Assembly (NCBI GenBank): GCA_951406725.2
Contig: OX597825.1
Span: forward strand, 63,240,001 to 63,304,000
Reading direction: 5' to 3'
Length of the DNA stretch: 64,000 bases
Source: Octopus vulgaris
Lineage: Eukaryota
Positions 13,061 through 26,770 of the stretch are shown here, one piece after another. The notes under the pieces are model-generated. The model made no database searches. It had not been told where the DNA came from and saw only the letters and a list, made by a program, of their open reading frames with translations. The stretch's first letter is position 1, and each line of letters opens with the position of its first letter. The translations under genes were made by a program, and so were the position numbers.

Positions 13061-13388
13061 GTGTGGCAGATGCTGGGGTGTGTGCATGTGTGTTTGAACA
13101 ACTGATCATGTCTGAGAAGAGCTTATAAAGAAGTCGTTCTTACATGTGTGTTTCTGTGTAATACTCTTGTGTGTTGGCTATACATGGTATATCATATGAT
13201 GTGTGACTGCATATCTATATCATGCGAGTGTGTACTTCATTGAATGTACATCTGTCTATATGTGTTGAACACCTGACGATCTGCCAAATTAGAAAGTTTC
13301 TAAAGGTTGAATGACCAGTCTCATTAATCAGAGAATATGACAGCCCAGAATAAGCATTTATTCATTCCTCTCCTCTCCCTGCTTCTCT

Positions 13389-13424
<36 letters not shown>

Positions 13425-13492
13425 CACCACCACCACCACCACCACCACCACCACCACCACCACCACCACCACCACCACCACCACCACCACTA

Positions 13493-13560
<68 letters not shown>

Positions 13561-13586
13561 GCTGCTGCTGCTACTACTACTACTAC
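13389..13586. repeat. (CTA)n(CCA)n(CTA/CTG)n trinucleotide tract
   Basis: Directly visible. Confidence 0.95.
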
Positions 13587-14239
13587 TTATACCAATAGTT
13601 TAAAATCTCTGTTTCTTTCTCTGGTGATGATCTCTCTATACAGTTCTGTCTTCAACTGATTACTTTCTTTACTTACAATAGTTAACAATAAAAGCTGGTT
13701 TGAAAATTCTCTTGTGATAATGAAAAATAATTACTTACAATTCCACGAATGCATATATGTGTCTGTGTATGTCATCATCTTCATCGTTTAATGTCTGCTT
13801 TCCATGCTAGCATGGGTTGGACATATACTTATACATAAATATAAATGTTTCTTACCTATTTTTTTTCAGTTTCAGTCATTAGAATGTGACCATGCTGGGG
13901 CACTACCTTGGAGAATTTTTAGTTAAATGAATCGGCCCCAGAACTTGTTTCATTTTATTAAGCATGGTTTCTATAACTTTCCTTTGTTGATCCACTAAAT
14001 TTCAGGGATGTAAACACACCAACACCAGTTATCAAGCATTAATGGGGGACAGACAGACACTAAAAGATGCATACATGCACATGCACACATCTTCCTTTAT
14101 ATATGTGTGTGTATATTTGCATATATTAGTGTTTATTACTTTACACTTCACCACTGTATTTTACTAATAATTATTTCATTGGCACAAGTACATAAGCACC
14201 TGCTTTTATGCACAAATTCACAAATTTGTGAGTATATGC

Positions 14240-14514
14240 TTATGTATGTATGTATGTATGTATGTGTGTGTGTGTGTGTGAATGAGTGTGTGTATATGTT
14301 TGTGTGTCTGTGTTTGTGCTCCCACGTTGCTTGACAACCAATGCTGGTGTGTTTACGTCCCTGTAACTTAGCGGTTCAGCAAAAGAAACCGATAGAATAA
14401 GTACTAGGCTTACAAAGAATAAGTCCTGGAGTCGATGTGCTCGAATAAAGGCAGTGCTCCAGCATGACCACAGTCAAATGGCGGAAACAAGTAAATAAGT
14501 AAAGAGTAAAAGAG
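14240..14514 (+). mobile_element. SINE-A 3' half
   Basis: Matches the A tail segment. Confidence 0.85.
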
Positions 14515-14519
14515 AAACA

Positions 14520-14945
14520 TCTGGTCTCTATGCTGGAATAGCTCTAAAGGTTTGACATGGAGCTTGCTAGTAAGAGAGCTATCCAGACTCTAACTGTCTG
14601 TTGAAGCATGATTTCTATGCCAGAAAGCCCTTCCTAATGCCAACCACTTAACAGAGTGTGCTGTGTGCTTTTTATGTGCCACTGTCACAGGTGTGTTTAT
14701 GCAGTGCCCATAATGAGTACACTAATGCCACACCAGTATGGATGCTTTTTAAGTGACACTGGCACCTTGAAGGACAAACCTGTATATGTGGAACACAGGG
14801 ATTCTACTTAGCTTGAAATGTCTTAGCAAGAACAGAAAATAACCACATCCCCAGGTCCCTTGTAATTTCCTAAGTGAGGCCCAGCATCCGAAGATCATTT
14901 CTCACCACTTTGTCCCACATCTTCCTAGTTCTACTCCTTCCACAG
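14520..14945 (-). mobile_element. RTE-clade LINE 3' end (ORF terminus plus 3'UTR, family D)
   Basis: Minus translation CGRSRTRKMWDKVVRNDLRMLGLT*EITRDLGMW...LAKT resembles RTE C-termini (GRPRKTW...DR..W), followed by gtggttggcattaggaaggg. Confidence 0.75.
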
Positions 14946-15194
14946 ATGGAGTTAGAAAGAGCAATCAGCTATAAAAGGCATGCCAAAACTCAGATGTTAA
15001 AGGAAGACATGGCTCTCAGAGTCATTGGAACTTGCGGAACCATTCAACCATACCAGCATAGGAAATGATGAAGAATATGGTGACAATCATGAATGATGCT
15101 GCTACTGATGATGAAGGTGATATATGCTTATGTGTGTGTATGTATGTATCATAACAGCAATGAAACAAAGATTGTACACTATTTCTTCTTACTA

Positions 15195-15219
15195 TATACA
15201 TATATATATACATATATAC

Positions 15220-15251
<32 letters not shown>

Positions 15252-15259
15252 TCATATAT

Positions 15260-15332
<73 letters not shown>

Positions 15333-15333
15333 C

Positions 15334-15390
<57 letters not shown>
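15195..15390. repeat. (TA)n/(TACA)n microsatellite
   Basis: Directly visible. Confidence 0.95.
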
Positions 15391-16426
15391 AACGTGTGTG
15401 TATGTGTAACTGTAAGATAGCTAGGCATTGGAGAGAGGTGTTATTTGAAGGATGCAGAAGCTTATCAGAAATATTATGACTGGCAGACACATTTAAAGAA
15501 ATGCTGACATAGCATTAAAAAAAAATATATTTACTTACAAAATGAGGAATGCATTGACAAAATTGGTTATCAGCAGAAGATAAACAAAACAGTAGGAATG
15601 GCAATGACTAAAATAAGACTAGAGAAACAAAATTAGATATTGGGGAAGATTAAAGATTATTTCGGCTCAAGAAATTCTTGTCAGAAGAAAGGTAAAAAAA
15701 GAATAATAATTAATACAAAATAAAAATGGTGAAAATACCATTTACTTTCCTCTTGGTAGTAAATAAAAGGTTTTCTGAAGTAATGAATAGATATTTTTAT
15801 ATTCTGTAATATACAATACGAACAGCCGTATACTAGTTTATTATTACAATATCTTAGTACTTAGAATGGTTTCTACGTCAACAACTATTTTTTGTTCTGA
15901 TGAAGGAGTCCCTGTGTGGTTACTCAGCTATTTGAAAATAGCAGCCAAATTGCCCTTATGTCATAGTAATCTGTTTCTTAAAAAAGCAAAGAAGAGGTGA
16001 TAGAATTCTGGATAATGAAGTTTTAAATATTCCTTTATTCATTAATTCTGTCATTGGTTTTAGTCATTCGCTTGTGGCCATACTGGAGCATTGCATTCAA
16101 GAGTTAGTAGCTTTGTGGAACTTTATCGTTTATCTTTTACATGTTTCAATCATTTAACTGTGGCCATGCTGGGGTACCACTTTGTAGTGTTTTTAGTCGA
16201 ACAAATTGACCCCGTGTACTTATTCTATAGGTTTAAGTTATGAGGATGCCAACCCTGGTTGTCAAGTGGTGATCGGAGACAAATACAGACACAAAGACAA
16301 ACATACATAGAGATATACATATATATATTTTCAACAAGTTTAAACTGACATCACTCTCTTTGTAACGACATCTCTAAATCTATTAATATTTATATCCTGA
16401 TAATAGGAGCTTTCATGATGTCTATT

Positions 16427-16815
16427 ACTCTTACTGTTTACTCTTTTACTTGTTTCAGTCATTTGACTGTGGCCATGCTGGAGCAACACCTTTTCAGTAG
16501 AGCAAATCGACCCCAGTACTTATTCTTTGTAAGCCTAGTACTTATTCTATCCATCTCTTTTGCCAAACTGCTAAGTTACAGGGACGTAAACACACCAGCA
16601 TGAGTTGTCAAGCAATGTTGGGGGACAAACACAGACACACACACATATACACACACTTATATACATAAATACACACACCACACACACACACATATGGAAG
16701 GGCTTCTTTCAGTTTCCATCTACCAAATCCACTCACAAGGCTTTGGTCGACTCGAGGCTATAGTAGAAGACACTTGCCCAAGGTGCCACGCATTGAGAAT
16801 GAACCCGGAACCACG
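16427..16815 (-). mobile_element. SINE-A, fused at its 5' end to a minus-strand SINE-B fragment (about 16820-16970)
   Basis: Reverse complement of the A consensus; B segment tttgaactcagaatgt...gctaacgattctgccagct follows. Confidence 0.85.
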
Positions 16816-16989
16816 TTACCCCAGTGCTCAGTAGGTTCTTATTTTATCAGACCCTTAATGATAAAAGCTAAAGTCACCCTTGGTGGAGTTTGAACTCAGA
16901 ATGTAAAGACAGAAGAAATGCCACTGGTCATTCATTCTGTCCAGTGTGCTAACGATTCTGCCAGCTAGCTGCACTTGTACTGATAATAT

Positions 16990-17343
16990 TGAAGATGATG
17001 ACTATGATGGTGATGATGACAATGATATTGATGATGATGATGCTGACGACAAAGATACCAACAATCACTAGGACAACGATACTGAGGTTAATGAGACAAT
17101 GATGACAACAGCGGTTGTGATTGTTGATGATGATAATGGTGATAACGATGACACTGATGTCACCAATGATGTTGATGACAACGACAAAGATGATGATGAT
17201 GATGATGATGATGATGGTGGTGATGATGATGATGATGATGATGATGATGGTGGTGATGATGATGTTGATGACAACAACAAAGATGATGATGATGATGATG
17301 GCGATGGCGATGGTGATGATGGCAATGGTGTTTATGGCAATGG

Positions 17344-17375
<32 letters not shown>

Positions 17376-17412
17376 GCGATGGTGATGATGGCAATGGTGA
17401 TTATGGCAATGG

Positions 17413-17447
<35 letters not shown>

Positions 17448-17555
17448 CTAATGGTGATGGTGATGGTGATGATGGCAATGGTGATTATGGCGATGGTGAT
17501 GATGATGATGAAGATGATGGTGCTGATGCTAATGGTGATGGTGATGATGGTGATA
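16990..17555. repeat. (GAT)n tract with higher-order units
   Basis: gatggcgatggtgatgatggcaatggtg(a/t)ttatggc recurs about three times. Confidence 0.9.
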
Positions 17556-18718
17556 ATTTAATAACAAAGCAGACAGCTATTGCAAAATACATTGTTTAGG
17601 TAGGTAAATTATATGTATTTTCATGACTTTCTTAGTTGTGTAATCGTTGGGATATCAAACCAAGTTACCAACCTACATAGCTACATCGTAGATATTTAGT
17701 ACAATTAATACAGTTATTAATATAAAACATTAATATATTTCATTAATCTATGTTTTTGTTATTTTAGCTTTTCGGTTTTTTGTTTGTTATTGTTTTTGTT
17801 TTTTTTGTTTTTTTTCAATAATTTAAAATTTAATAATCATAAAAGTTATTATATGACTCCGTGTTGTAATATCTTGAAAAGAGAAAATACAAATATAGCT
17901 GGTTGGTGTATTTTGATAAATCATCACAATGTAAACAAATTTTATTAAATATCATTTATAATAGTGGAAGATAAATGAAATAGATTGAATATTATGAATA
18001 AACATAGACAAAGACACACACACAAGCACATACATAAACACACACACACACACACATACACACATACACAGCATCTCAGGAATCTGGTATATTTTCATTT
18101 TTATATATAAATGTTGCATGGATATCAATTATAATTTATGAATCTGCTTATAATTTCAAATTATATTTTTACGAATTATCTATTTATTCTTAATTTTGCA
18201 ATACATAAATCTTTGGAACTATTAAATTCAAAATATAAATAATGAAATATATTTATGCTATATACAGATAGAGAAATTTTCCTGCCACAGCAATTCATTT
18301 GCAATTAGAAGTATTTGAAGAACAATCTAACCCATGTTAGTCGTAAATTTATAGAGAATATTCATGAACATAAAAAAAAGAAGATGATGAAATTCATGAA
18401 TATTATGTGATATTCTACATGAAGACAGTTAAAGTTGATCAACTACAGGATGCCCAATGTGAGAATGGCTGTTTGCATGCTCAAATCACAGTAAGAATGT
18501 TGTAAGATGATCATAACCAAAATATTTAGATATTGGTCTTACACTCCACCTATGGGATAAAATGTGCTGCAGGGTATGATATTTTACAGCTGAAGCAACA
18601 GCAAAAGCACTAACCTATTTATCCTTCTATCCATCCATCTATCCATCCATCAATCCATCTGTCCGTCTGTCAGTCTGTCAGTCTGTCCATCCATCTGTCT
18701 GTCTATTTGTCTGTCTTT

Positions 18719-18764
<46 letters not shown>

Positions 18765-19743
18765 ATATATATATAATATAAATAATATATAAATATATGC
18801 ATATATGTACATACCTACATATATATGTATATATACATGAATATATGGGTACAGGACATCAAAACAACGTTGGAAATATATATATATATATATTTTTATA
18901 TCATCATCATTTAACGTCTGTTTTCCATGCTAGATATATATATATATCTGTCTGTTTGTCTATCTATCTGTTTACCTATTTTTCCATATATCTATGGTAA
19001 AGGAAAGAAAGAAATAGTTGTGACAGATCTGCATACGTTTCTCTCAAAAGTCATTTGTACCACTTATTTCATGCACATTGACATTACACATCCAGTGGGA
19101 AACAGTGGTTGTCTTCCCTTCCAAATTACAATCATTCCCTGTTTGTCTTTCCAAACAAAGGGGGCATAATAAGCAAACCATTGGTTTTTCAGAGATGCAT
19201 GAAAGACAACTGTTACATCGTGTTCTGGAAGGTTGTTGTTAGTTTTGTTGGGTTTACTTAATCCTCAGTCAATCCTAATCCAGTAGATCCATAGTTAGTA
19301 ACCAGTGCACTTGTAATGAACCAAATTCTCTGTATATCAGGAACTGCGTGCACAATCCAATGGAACTCTCACTTTCTTTGAGATACCAGGGGTGATATTT
19401 ACGAGAAAGGTTTAGTTGCTATATTTATCACCTTTATATAATTGCTCCCTTGCTGATTTGAGCTTTTGGCATTTAGAATAGGAACTTAACTTTGATATTT
19501 GCAAAGCATGGCATGATAAAAGAACGTGTATTGAATAGTAATTTTAATTTAAAATTGTGATAGGCAAAGATAGAAACAAAACTATATTTATAAAATCATA
19601 AAATTCTGGCAGTTCCTTTAAGAATTTATTATTCTATTGTTTTAACATTTTAACATATGCATCCAAAATTTCATTACCCTCAACTTCTGAAAGTAGTTGT
19701 ATATACCTATCTACGTTTTCTTGTTGAAACTATATTTTAGTTC

Positions 19744-20062
19744 ATTGAGTCAAGTACATCAACATCAAAATAAAAAATCAAATGGAAATTGTAGTTGTGA
19801 TACCTGTGCCAGTGGCACATAAAAAGCACCATCCAAACGTCGCTGATGCCAGTGCCACCTTGACTGGCTTCCATGCCAGTGGCATGTAAAAAGCATCCGC
19901 TACACTCACGGAGTGGTTGGCATTAGGAATGGCATCCAGCTGTAGAAACACTGCCAGATCAGACTGGAGCCTGGTGCAGCCTCCTGGCTTCCCAGTCTCC
20001 GGTCAAACCATCCAACCCATGCTAGCATGGAAAACGGACGTTAAATGATGATAATGATGATG
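19744..20062 (+). mobile_element. RTE LINE 3'UTR (family D) with (GAT)n tail
   Basis: gtggcacataaaaagcacc subrepeats, ggcatccagctgtagaaac, ccaacccatgctagcatggaaaacggacgttaaatgatga. Confidence 0.8.
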
Positions 20063-20483
20063 TGTCAAGTTTGTCGAGGCAAAGTGACTTTCAGAAAATA
20101 TCAATTCTATTTTTTGGGTACATATTTAACATCATTACAAGAATATCCATGAAACTTGATTTTGCTGTTGAAGGGTTAATGATATTATGTCAGGTCAGAT
20201 CAAAATAATCTACTAGCAGTAACCAGTAATTATTTAAACTAGTACAACCTGTTTTGAAGCTAATTCTTCAGTGACTACCAGATTGCTCCTCCTGGGTCTC
20301 AACTTGGTAGGTAGAACAAAAATACTTGTTTCCAAGGGCAGATGAATGCATTAGGAAGTCAACATTAATTCATCAAGCCAACAAGCTATTAAGGCTTTTC
20401 ATTCTATCATTACTAATTCTCTTACCAAAACCTTATTCTGGTTGTCTAGGGAGGTCTGGATGTAAGAAGTCTTTCACAGATTC

Positions 20484-20653
20484 AGGAGTGGCTGTGTGTT
20501 AAGTAGCTTGTTTATTGACCACATGGTTCTGGGTTCAGTCCCACTGCATGGTACCTTGGGCAAGTGTATTCTACTATAGCCTCGGGCTGACCAAAGCCTT
20601 GTGAGTGGATTTGGTAGATGGAAACTGAAAGAAGCCTGTTGTATATATGTATA

Positions 20654-20689
<36 letters not shown>

Positions 20690-20928
20690 TGTATGTATGT
20701 ATGTATGTATGTATATATGTGTGTATATGTATGTATGTATGTATGTATATATGTGTGTATATGTTTGTGTGTCTGTGTTTGTCCCCCCAACTTTGCTTGA
20801 CAACCAATGCTGGTGTTTATGTCCCTGTAACTTAGCAGTTCGGCATAAGTGATCGATAGAATAAGTACTAGTCTTACAAAGATTAAGTCCTGGGGTCGAT
20901 TTGCTCAACTAAAGGCAGTGCTCCAGCA
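20484..20928 (+). mobile_element. SINE-A, 3'-truncated
   Basis: A consensus up to ctccagca. Confidence 0.9.
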
Positions 20929-21133
20929 CACAAACATATACACACACATGCATATATATATACATCTATATGATGGGCTTCTTTCAGTTTCTGTCTACCA
21001 AATCCACTCACAAGGCTTTGGTCAGCCCGTGGTCATAGTAGAAGACACTTGCCCAAGGTGCCACGCAGTGGGACTGAACCAGGAACCATGTGGTTGGTAA
21101 AGAAGCTATTTACGACACAGCCACTCCTACGCC
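20929..21133 (-). mobile_element. SINE-A 5' half, inverted and abutting the previous copy
   Basis: Reverse complement of the A head up to the microsatellite. Confidence 0.9.
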
Positions 21134-21507
21134 TATGCTTGAATAAGGTCAGTTGTTATTGTTGTTGTTGTTTTAGTTGCCATCATTATTTTTCTTGTTG
21201 TTGTTATCATTGTTATTGTTGGTGTTGTTGCTGTTGTTTTCAGTTAACTCTGTGTCAATCTTTCTCAAACCGAAGTATAATCCAAAGTTTTTCAGTCATA
21301 AACATACCATCATTTAGGTATACAACAAATGCGGTGGCTGACATGTTGTCCCTCAACATGCTAAAAATAGCAGTCAGATCCTAATAAATCACACATCACC
21401 ATCTTATGAAAAGAAAGGAAACACCTTAAATATGGAAATTGTGGGGACCTCCTCCACACCAAAACAGACAAGATAACCACAGTTATATTCAAGCAGGATT
21501 CACCTGG

Positions 21508-21826
21508 TGGAGGCACAATGGCCCAGTGGTTAAGGCAGCAGACTTGCAGCCTGAGGACCGCAGTTTCGAGTCCCAGATTGGGCGTTGTGTGTGTTTATTG
21601 AGCGAAAACACCTAAAAGCTCCACGAGGCTCCGGCAGAGGGTGGTGGCAACCCCTGTTGTACTCTTTCGCCACAACTTTCTCTCACTCTCTCTCTTCCTG
21701 TTTCTTGAGGAATGCTGCGATGGACTGGCATCCTGTCCAGCTGGGGGGAACACATATGCCACAGAAACCAGGAAACCGGGCGCATGAGCCTGGCTAGGCT
21801 TGAAAAGGGCGAGAAAGAAAGAAAGA
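21508..21826 (+). mobile_element. SINE-C
   Basis: tggcccagtggtta (A box), gtttcgagtccc (B box), gcgatggactggcatcctgtccag tail; TSD aggatt(c/g)acctgg. Confidence 0.9.
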
Positions 21827-21940
21827 AGGATTGACCTGGAGCAATATAAACAGCAGCAATGACAAAAGCAGCTACAACAACAACAGTAACAAGAACAATA
21901 ACAACAATAACTCTACCAAATGTGTTCATCATTTTTTTAA

Positions 21941-22163
21941 CCCTTTTGCTACCGTATTTCTCTTAAAATACACTGTCTTTGTTTTAATGTATTTTAGAAG
22001 TAATAAAGAATTTTAATGTAAAATCTTTACCATTATTGAAATGGATTTTGAAGCATAAATTAATATAAAATTTTGGAAGAAAATTTTAATTCAATTAATC
22101 TTAAACAGGAAGTCTGTGTCAAAGCACCAAGGGCAATCGCAGGAGGGCTGTTGTTGAAAGAAT
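21941..22163. mobile_element. piggyBac-type MITE E2-related, degenerate and inverted
   Basis: ttaa-cccttttgctaccgtattt...; similar to the reverse complement of 23140-23361. Confidence 0.6.
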
Positions 22164-23044
22164 TAGGTAAAATCGTGTAATTTCAGAGAAATTTGTCTGT
22201 TAATTCTAGCATGTCTAGACAACATGTTGAGGCTGCTTCGTTGTCGTTTTGGCTGAAAGCAAAGTGCAGTTACTGTCCAGATGTAAAGTAAAACATTTCA
22301 ATCAATGCTGTTGAGCAAATATTTGCCCACGTAACACATTATAAATTTACAGGCTGTATAGCAAAAGCTCACACTTGCGAATAAATCTTACACAGTCTTC
22401 AACTTTGAATAGACACACTTAGTAACAATTATAGATTAGTGGGAATACCAACTAATCAATACTTATACATAAGTTATGAATATCTTCGTTAACTAATAAC
22501 ATTTTCGTAAAGGATCAGTAGAGCATGTGATAATAATGATTTCTTAATAAGTCATGAAGTTGTGATGATAAACGAAGGAGTGTGAGGGAGAGAGAGAGTT
22601 GATTTGAGAACTTGTTACGCCTTTGTCCTTCCATAGGTTATTAGTAACTGCAGTGAAGCAATGACATCGAAACAATGTAAATGCTAGAAGCTGATGATGT
22701 CATGCAGATACAGGAGAATGGATTTAGGATCTTATTGTAGCTTTGTCTTTCTAAAGGCTGTTTATTAAATACAGTGAATTAGGACCAACTAAGAAGAATC
22801 AATCAAGGATTCATATACCACTCATGTCAATTAAGAAATGTGAGCAAAATTAACAATCCAGCTTTAGAAGCAGATTTCTTATGGCAGTATGACCTAGGCA
22901 TGGCAGAATGGTTAAGAGGTTTTCTCTCTACTACAATATGTCTCGGGGTTTTATTCCACTGTAAGGAACTCTGAGCAAGTGTCTTGTAAAACAACTTTTG
23001 GCTTGACCCATGCCTTGTAAGTAGGATTTGGTAAATGAAAATTT

Positions 23045-24536
23045 GAAAAGCTGGGCTAAAATGTTCATGGGGTGACTATGAAGGATCGATACTAGACCTG
23101 TGAAATCTTGTATGCATTAGTTTCAAATCTTCTTATTAACCTTTTTGTTACCAACGAGGCTGAAACCGGCTCTGGCTCTGTAGTAAAAAAAATCTTGTTT
23201 TCAAAAGTTTTGAATTAAAATCTTCCACCAAACCTTAGTCACAATTTATGTTCCTAACACTAGCTGAATGATAACTAAGTCATTTTACTAAATTTTTTGT
23301 TATATTTAAAGTTATTGAAAGAAACACAGAGCATCTCAAAATAAATATAGTAACGAAAGAGTTAATAACTGCATTGTTTCATTTCAGGTAAACTGACATC
23401 TGACTGATCAAAGAAGACTTCAGATGTAACTAGTAGTGACTTCTCTTGAAAATGGACAAAATTTAAGCATTGTGCAGGAAAATGGTTTATTCCCCATTGA
23501 CATTTATGCTGACGTGTTCGTTACTTTAGGGGATGACACTCCAGCTTTATCAAGTGGGCAGCTGAATTTAAGAGAGAAGGGAGAGTTTTGAAGATGACTC
23601 AAGGTCTAGATGTCCTGCAACTGCTGCTACCAAAGGAAATATTGATAATGTTCATTACATGCTGATGGATGACAGGCACTTGACTATAAATCAAATAGTC
23701 AATGCTATTAGCATATCCTGTGAGAGATTTGAGAATATTTTGTACAATGAAATTGGCACGATTAAGGTCTTTGATCCCTGGGTGCCACATCTTCTGACAC
23801 TTAATCAAAAGCACACCAACCTGATCACAGCATGGAAAAACCTAACATTTTTATAGGCAGATCCAGCTGGTTCCTTTGATCATTTCCTAATCCAGGATCG
23901 GTTTTGGCTTCATCACTTTGATCCAGAGACAAAGAGACAATTCATGCAGTGGAAACATCCCTCCTCCCTGGTTCCAAAGAAACTGAAGTCCTTTCATCTG
24001 CAGGGAAGGTGACGGCTTCAGTTCTTTGGTGAGAGTATGCAAAAGGCATTACATTTATTGACTGTCTTCTGAAGGGCCACTCCATCAATGGAGAGCAATA
24101 TGCAAACTTGCTGAGGCAGTTATGAAAGGCTCTCAATGCCAAATGGCCAGGAAAACTGATGAAATTGCTCTTGTTTCTTCAGAATAATGCTCCAGCACAC
24201 AAGTCATTGGTTTCAATTGCTACTGCACATGATATTGGCTTATACTGACTCCATATTCTTCTTATTTGGCCCCATCTGACTATCATCTGTTTCCTAACAT
24301 GAAAAAAACACTTGGTTGGGAGTAAGTATCACAGTGATGATGTCATATCTGCTGTTGATGACTTTTTGGGGGCAACTGGATGAATGCTTCTTCACCAACG
24401 AGGATCCAAGCAGTGAAACATCAATGGAAGAAGTGTGTGAACCACAAGGAGGACTACGGTGAAAAATAAACTCCATTTTGTCACATTCCACGAGAGAGTC
24501 TTGATCAATGTATGAACTTTTTATCCAACCTTCATA
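23045..24536 (+). mobile_element. Near full-length decayed mariner (resembles irritans/Himar type)
   Basis: Pseudo-ORF 23452-24469: KWAAEFK...EDDSRSRCP...DDRHLT...WVPHLLT...HHFDPETKRQ...SAGKVTASV...NAPAHKS...PYSSYLAPSDYHLFPNMKK...DY.EK*; degenerate TIRs. Confidence 0.9.
23140..23361. mobile_element. piggyBac-type MITE E2 inserted in the mariner 5' region
   Basis: TTAA at 23136-23139 and 23362-23365; imperfect TIRs cctttttgttac/gtaacgaaagag; second copy at 36291-36511. Confidence 0.85.
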
Positions 24537-24845
24537 TGAATGTATATACTTACAATCATTGTCCTACTTTAAATAGCCCCTTTCCCTACTTCCATGGAGC
24601 AGACAGAATTTCTTGATGCCATTTCTGTCACTAATCCTCATTTGCTTCAAAGCAAGGTAATATTTCCCCGTGGCTGGATATCTTTGAACAGAAGACCAGA
24701 ATGAGGGACACTGTTTGTATGATAGGAATGCACATTTCATATCTGCTGAGCAATGCTAAGACCAGGGGACACAAACCCCCTACACATGCACATATGCACA
24801 TGGACTCTACTTTAATTATTCACCAGTCAGCACTCATCCTGCTGT

Positions 24846-25164
24846 GGAGGCACATGGCCTAGTGGTTAGAGCAGCAGACTCACGGTCGAGAGATCGTGGG
24901 TTCAAATCTCAGATTCATCGATGTGTGCGTTTATGAGTGAAACACCTAAGCTTCACACGGCTCTGGCAGAAGATAATGGCGAACTTCTGCTGACTCTTTT
25001 GCCACAACTTTCTCTCACTCGTTCCCCCTGCATCTTGCAACTCACCTGCAATGGACCGGTGTCCTGTTCAGGTGGGAAACATTTTCCTATTTCCATGCCA
25101 TGGAAACTGGGAAACTGGCCCTTATGAGCCAGGCATGGCTTGAGAAGGAACAAACAAAAAAACA
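24846..25164 (+). mobile_element. SINE-C variant
   Basis: Perfect 14-bp TSD actcatcctgctgt at 24832-24845 and 25165-25178. Confidence 0.9.
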
Positions 25165-26565
25165 ACTCATCCTGCTGTCATTAGACTGATAATATTCAGA
25201 CCACACATCATTTGCATAAATCTCACCAGTCTAGGAGAGAATGCAAAGGTCACAAGCACTGTTCATGTGGTTCTGGACTAAATCTTTTATTGAATTGTGT
25301 TATGTTCTTTACCCAGTGTTTCATCTCTCATGCAGAAACTGTTTCTATACACCATAACCAAATCTCTTTTTAGTCACCAGCGAGCCACCCTATTGTCTTG
25401 ACTACCTATGACTCCATTGAAAGAAATATATGAAGCATGACTTCACTAGCTGAAACAATACTCTGCATAAAAACATTACCAATTGATGTCTGGAGTATTT
25501 GTTTCTAGTCTTCGGAAACACAAAGGGAAATAGAAAAAAATTATTAGGCATAATAGCATTTTCCTTTTTTATATGTGGAATTGTACCTATTTCTTAGACA
25601 AAAACCAGAATTATTGTATATTTCTCTCAATAACTCAGTGCATCGTTGTACATAACAGAAGTGAAAATCCTATTATTTGTTCTAAAAGTTTGAAACACAA
25701 AGTCAAGAAGTTACAGATAAATGCATTTAGTTGCATCAGAATATTTTTCTTGCAAGCTTGTGCATGTCTGTATTTCTATAATGATTATTGGCTGCATGTT
25801 TCAGGTTAGAGAAATTATATTTCACACAGCGATAATGTGTTTAATATTTCTTTTTGTCTCAGAGCAAATTGAAGGATATTTTCAGAACAGTCAGATAGAA
25901 TTGTGCTTTTCTTTGTTTCACTGAAATTTAGCAGGAAATTGGATGTTTCAGTAGAATTAATTTTATTATCTTTCTTTTTCTAGAGGCATTATAATGCTCT
26001 GTATAGTTGAAAAGTCATTATATTCTTTGATACTTTCAACCAATAATTCTCAAACACCAACTTTCACATAATGAAATATTATCAAGTCTTATTAAGTACG
26101 TTAGTTTGTCAGTTGTTATACATTAGCTATCACTATGGGGTCTTTGTGGAGACGATTTCATATAAATTCTTCCAGACAATTACGTTTTGTGGGCTTGATT
26201 TTTATTGTTCTGCAGATTATATATATGTCTAAATTATCCAGTGAAGCCAACGTCAAACAGATAGGGACACTCTATCTGGCTACACAGCCTGTTAGAAATA
26301 GCAGTCAAATCTTCCTCATACCACAACTACTTTATAATGCTGTATTCTTGTTACAGCAGTATCTTGTTTTCGTCAGTCCATGTCTGACACGGTCTCTTCT
26401 TACTTTTTTTGCAACCCTTCTGCGACTCATGTGATTGATACGACTAATGTTTAGCTTGATTTTTTTTTTATATAAATTAACACCTACAAGGGAAAAAACA
26501 TTGAAACTGTTACTGAAAAAAAAGGGGGGCATAAAATTTGTCAACTCTAGCCTGAACACCATTAC

Positions 26566-26566
<1 letters not shown>

Positions 26567-26607
<41 letters not shown>

Positions 26608-26770
26608 TTAACATTTGTTTTCCATGCTGACATAAGTTGGATAGTTTGACTGAAAACTGGTAAGCTGGTGAGCTGCACCAGATTTTAATCAGATTTGGCA
26701 TGGTTTCTATGGTTGGATGACCTTCTTATCACCAGCCAGGGCATGCTTTTTGTGTACCACTGGCATGAGT
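26567..26770 (-). mobile_element. Family D (RTE 3'UTR) fragment
   Basis: (CAT)n then tttaacatttgttttccatgct...gatttggcatggtttcta. Confidence 0.75.

Noticed and set aside
13270-13310. ctgacga...gaaa hammerhead-like words
   Set aside because: Stems I and II cannot be formed in the correct register.
13337-13603. Poly-Leu/poly-Pro ORF
   Set aside because: Translation of a (CTA)n(CCA)n microsatellite.
17099-17599. 166-aa Asp/Gly-rich ORF resembling an acidic biomineral protein
   Set aside because: Entirely a (GAT)n microsatellite, open in several frames, with no signal peptide or splice support; similar tracts occur at 40.1 and 47.5 kb.
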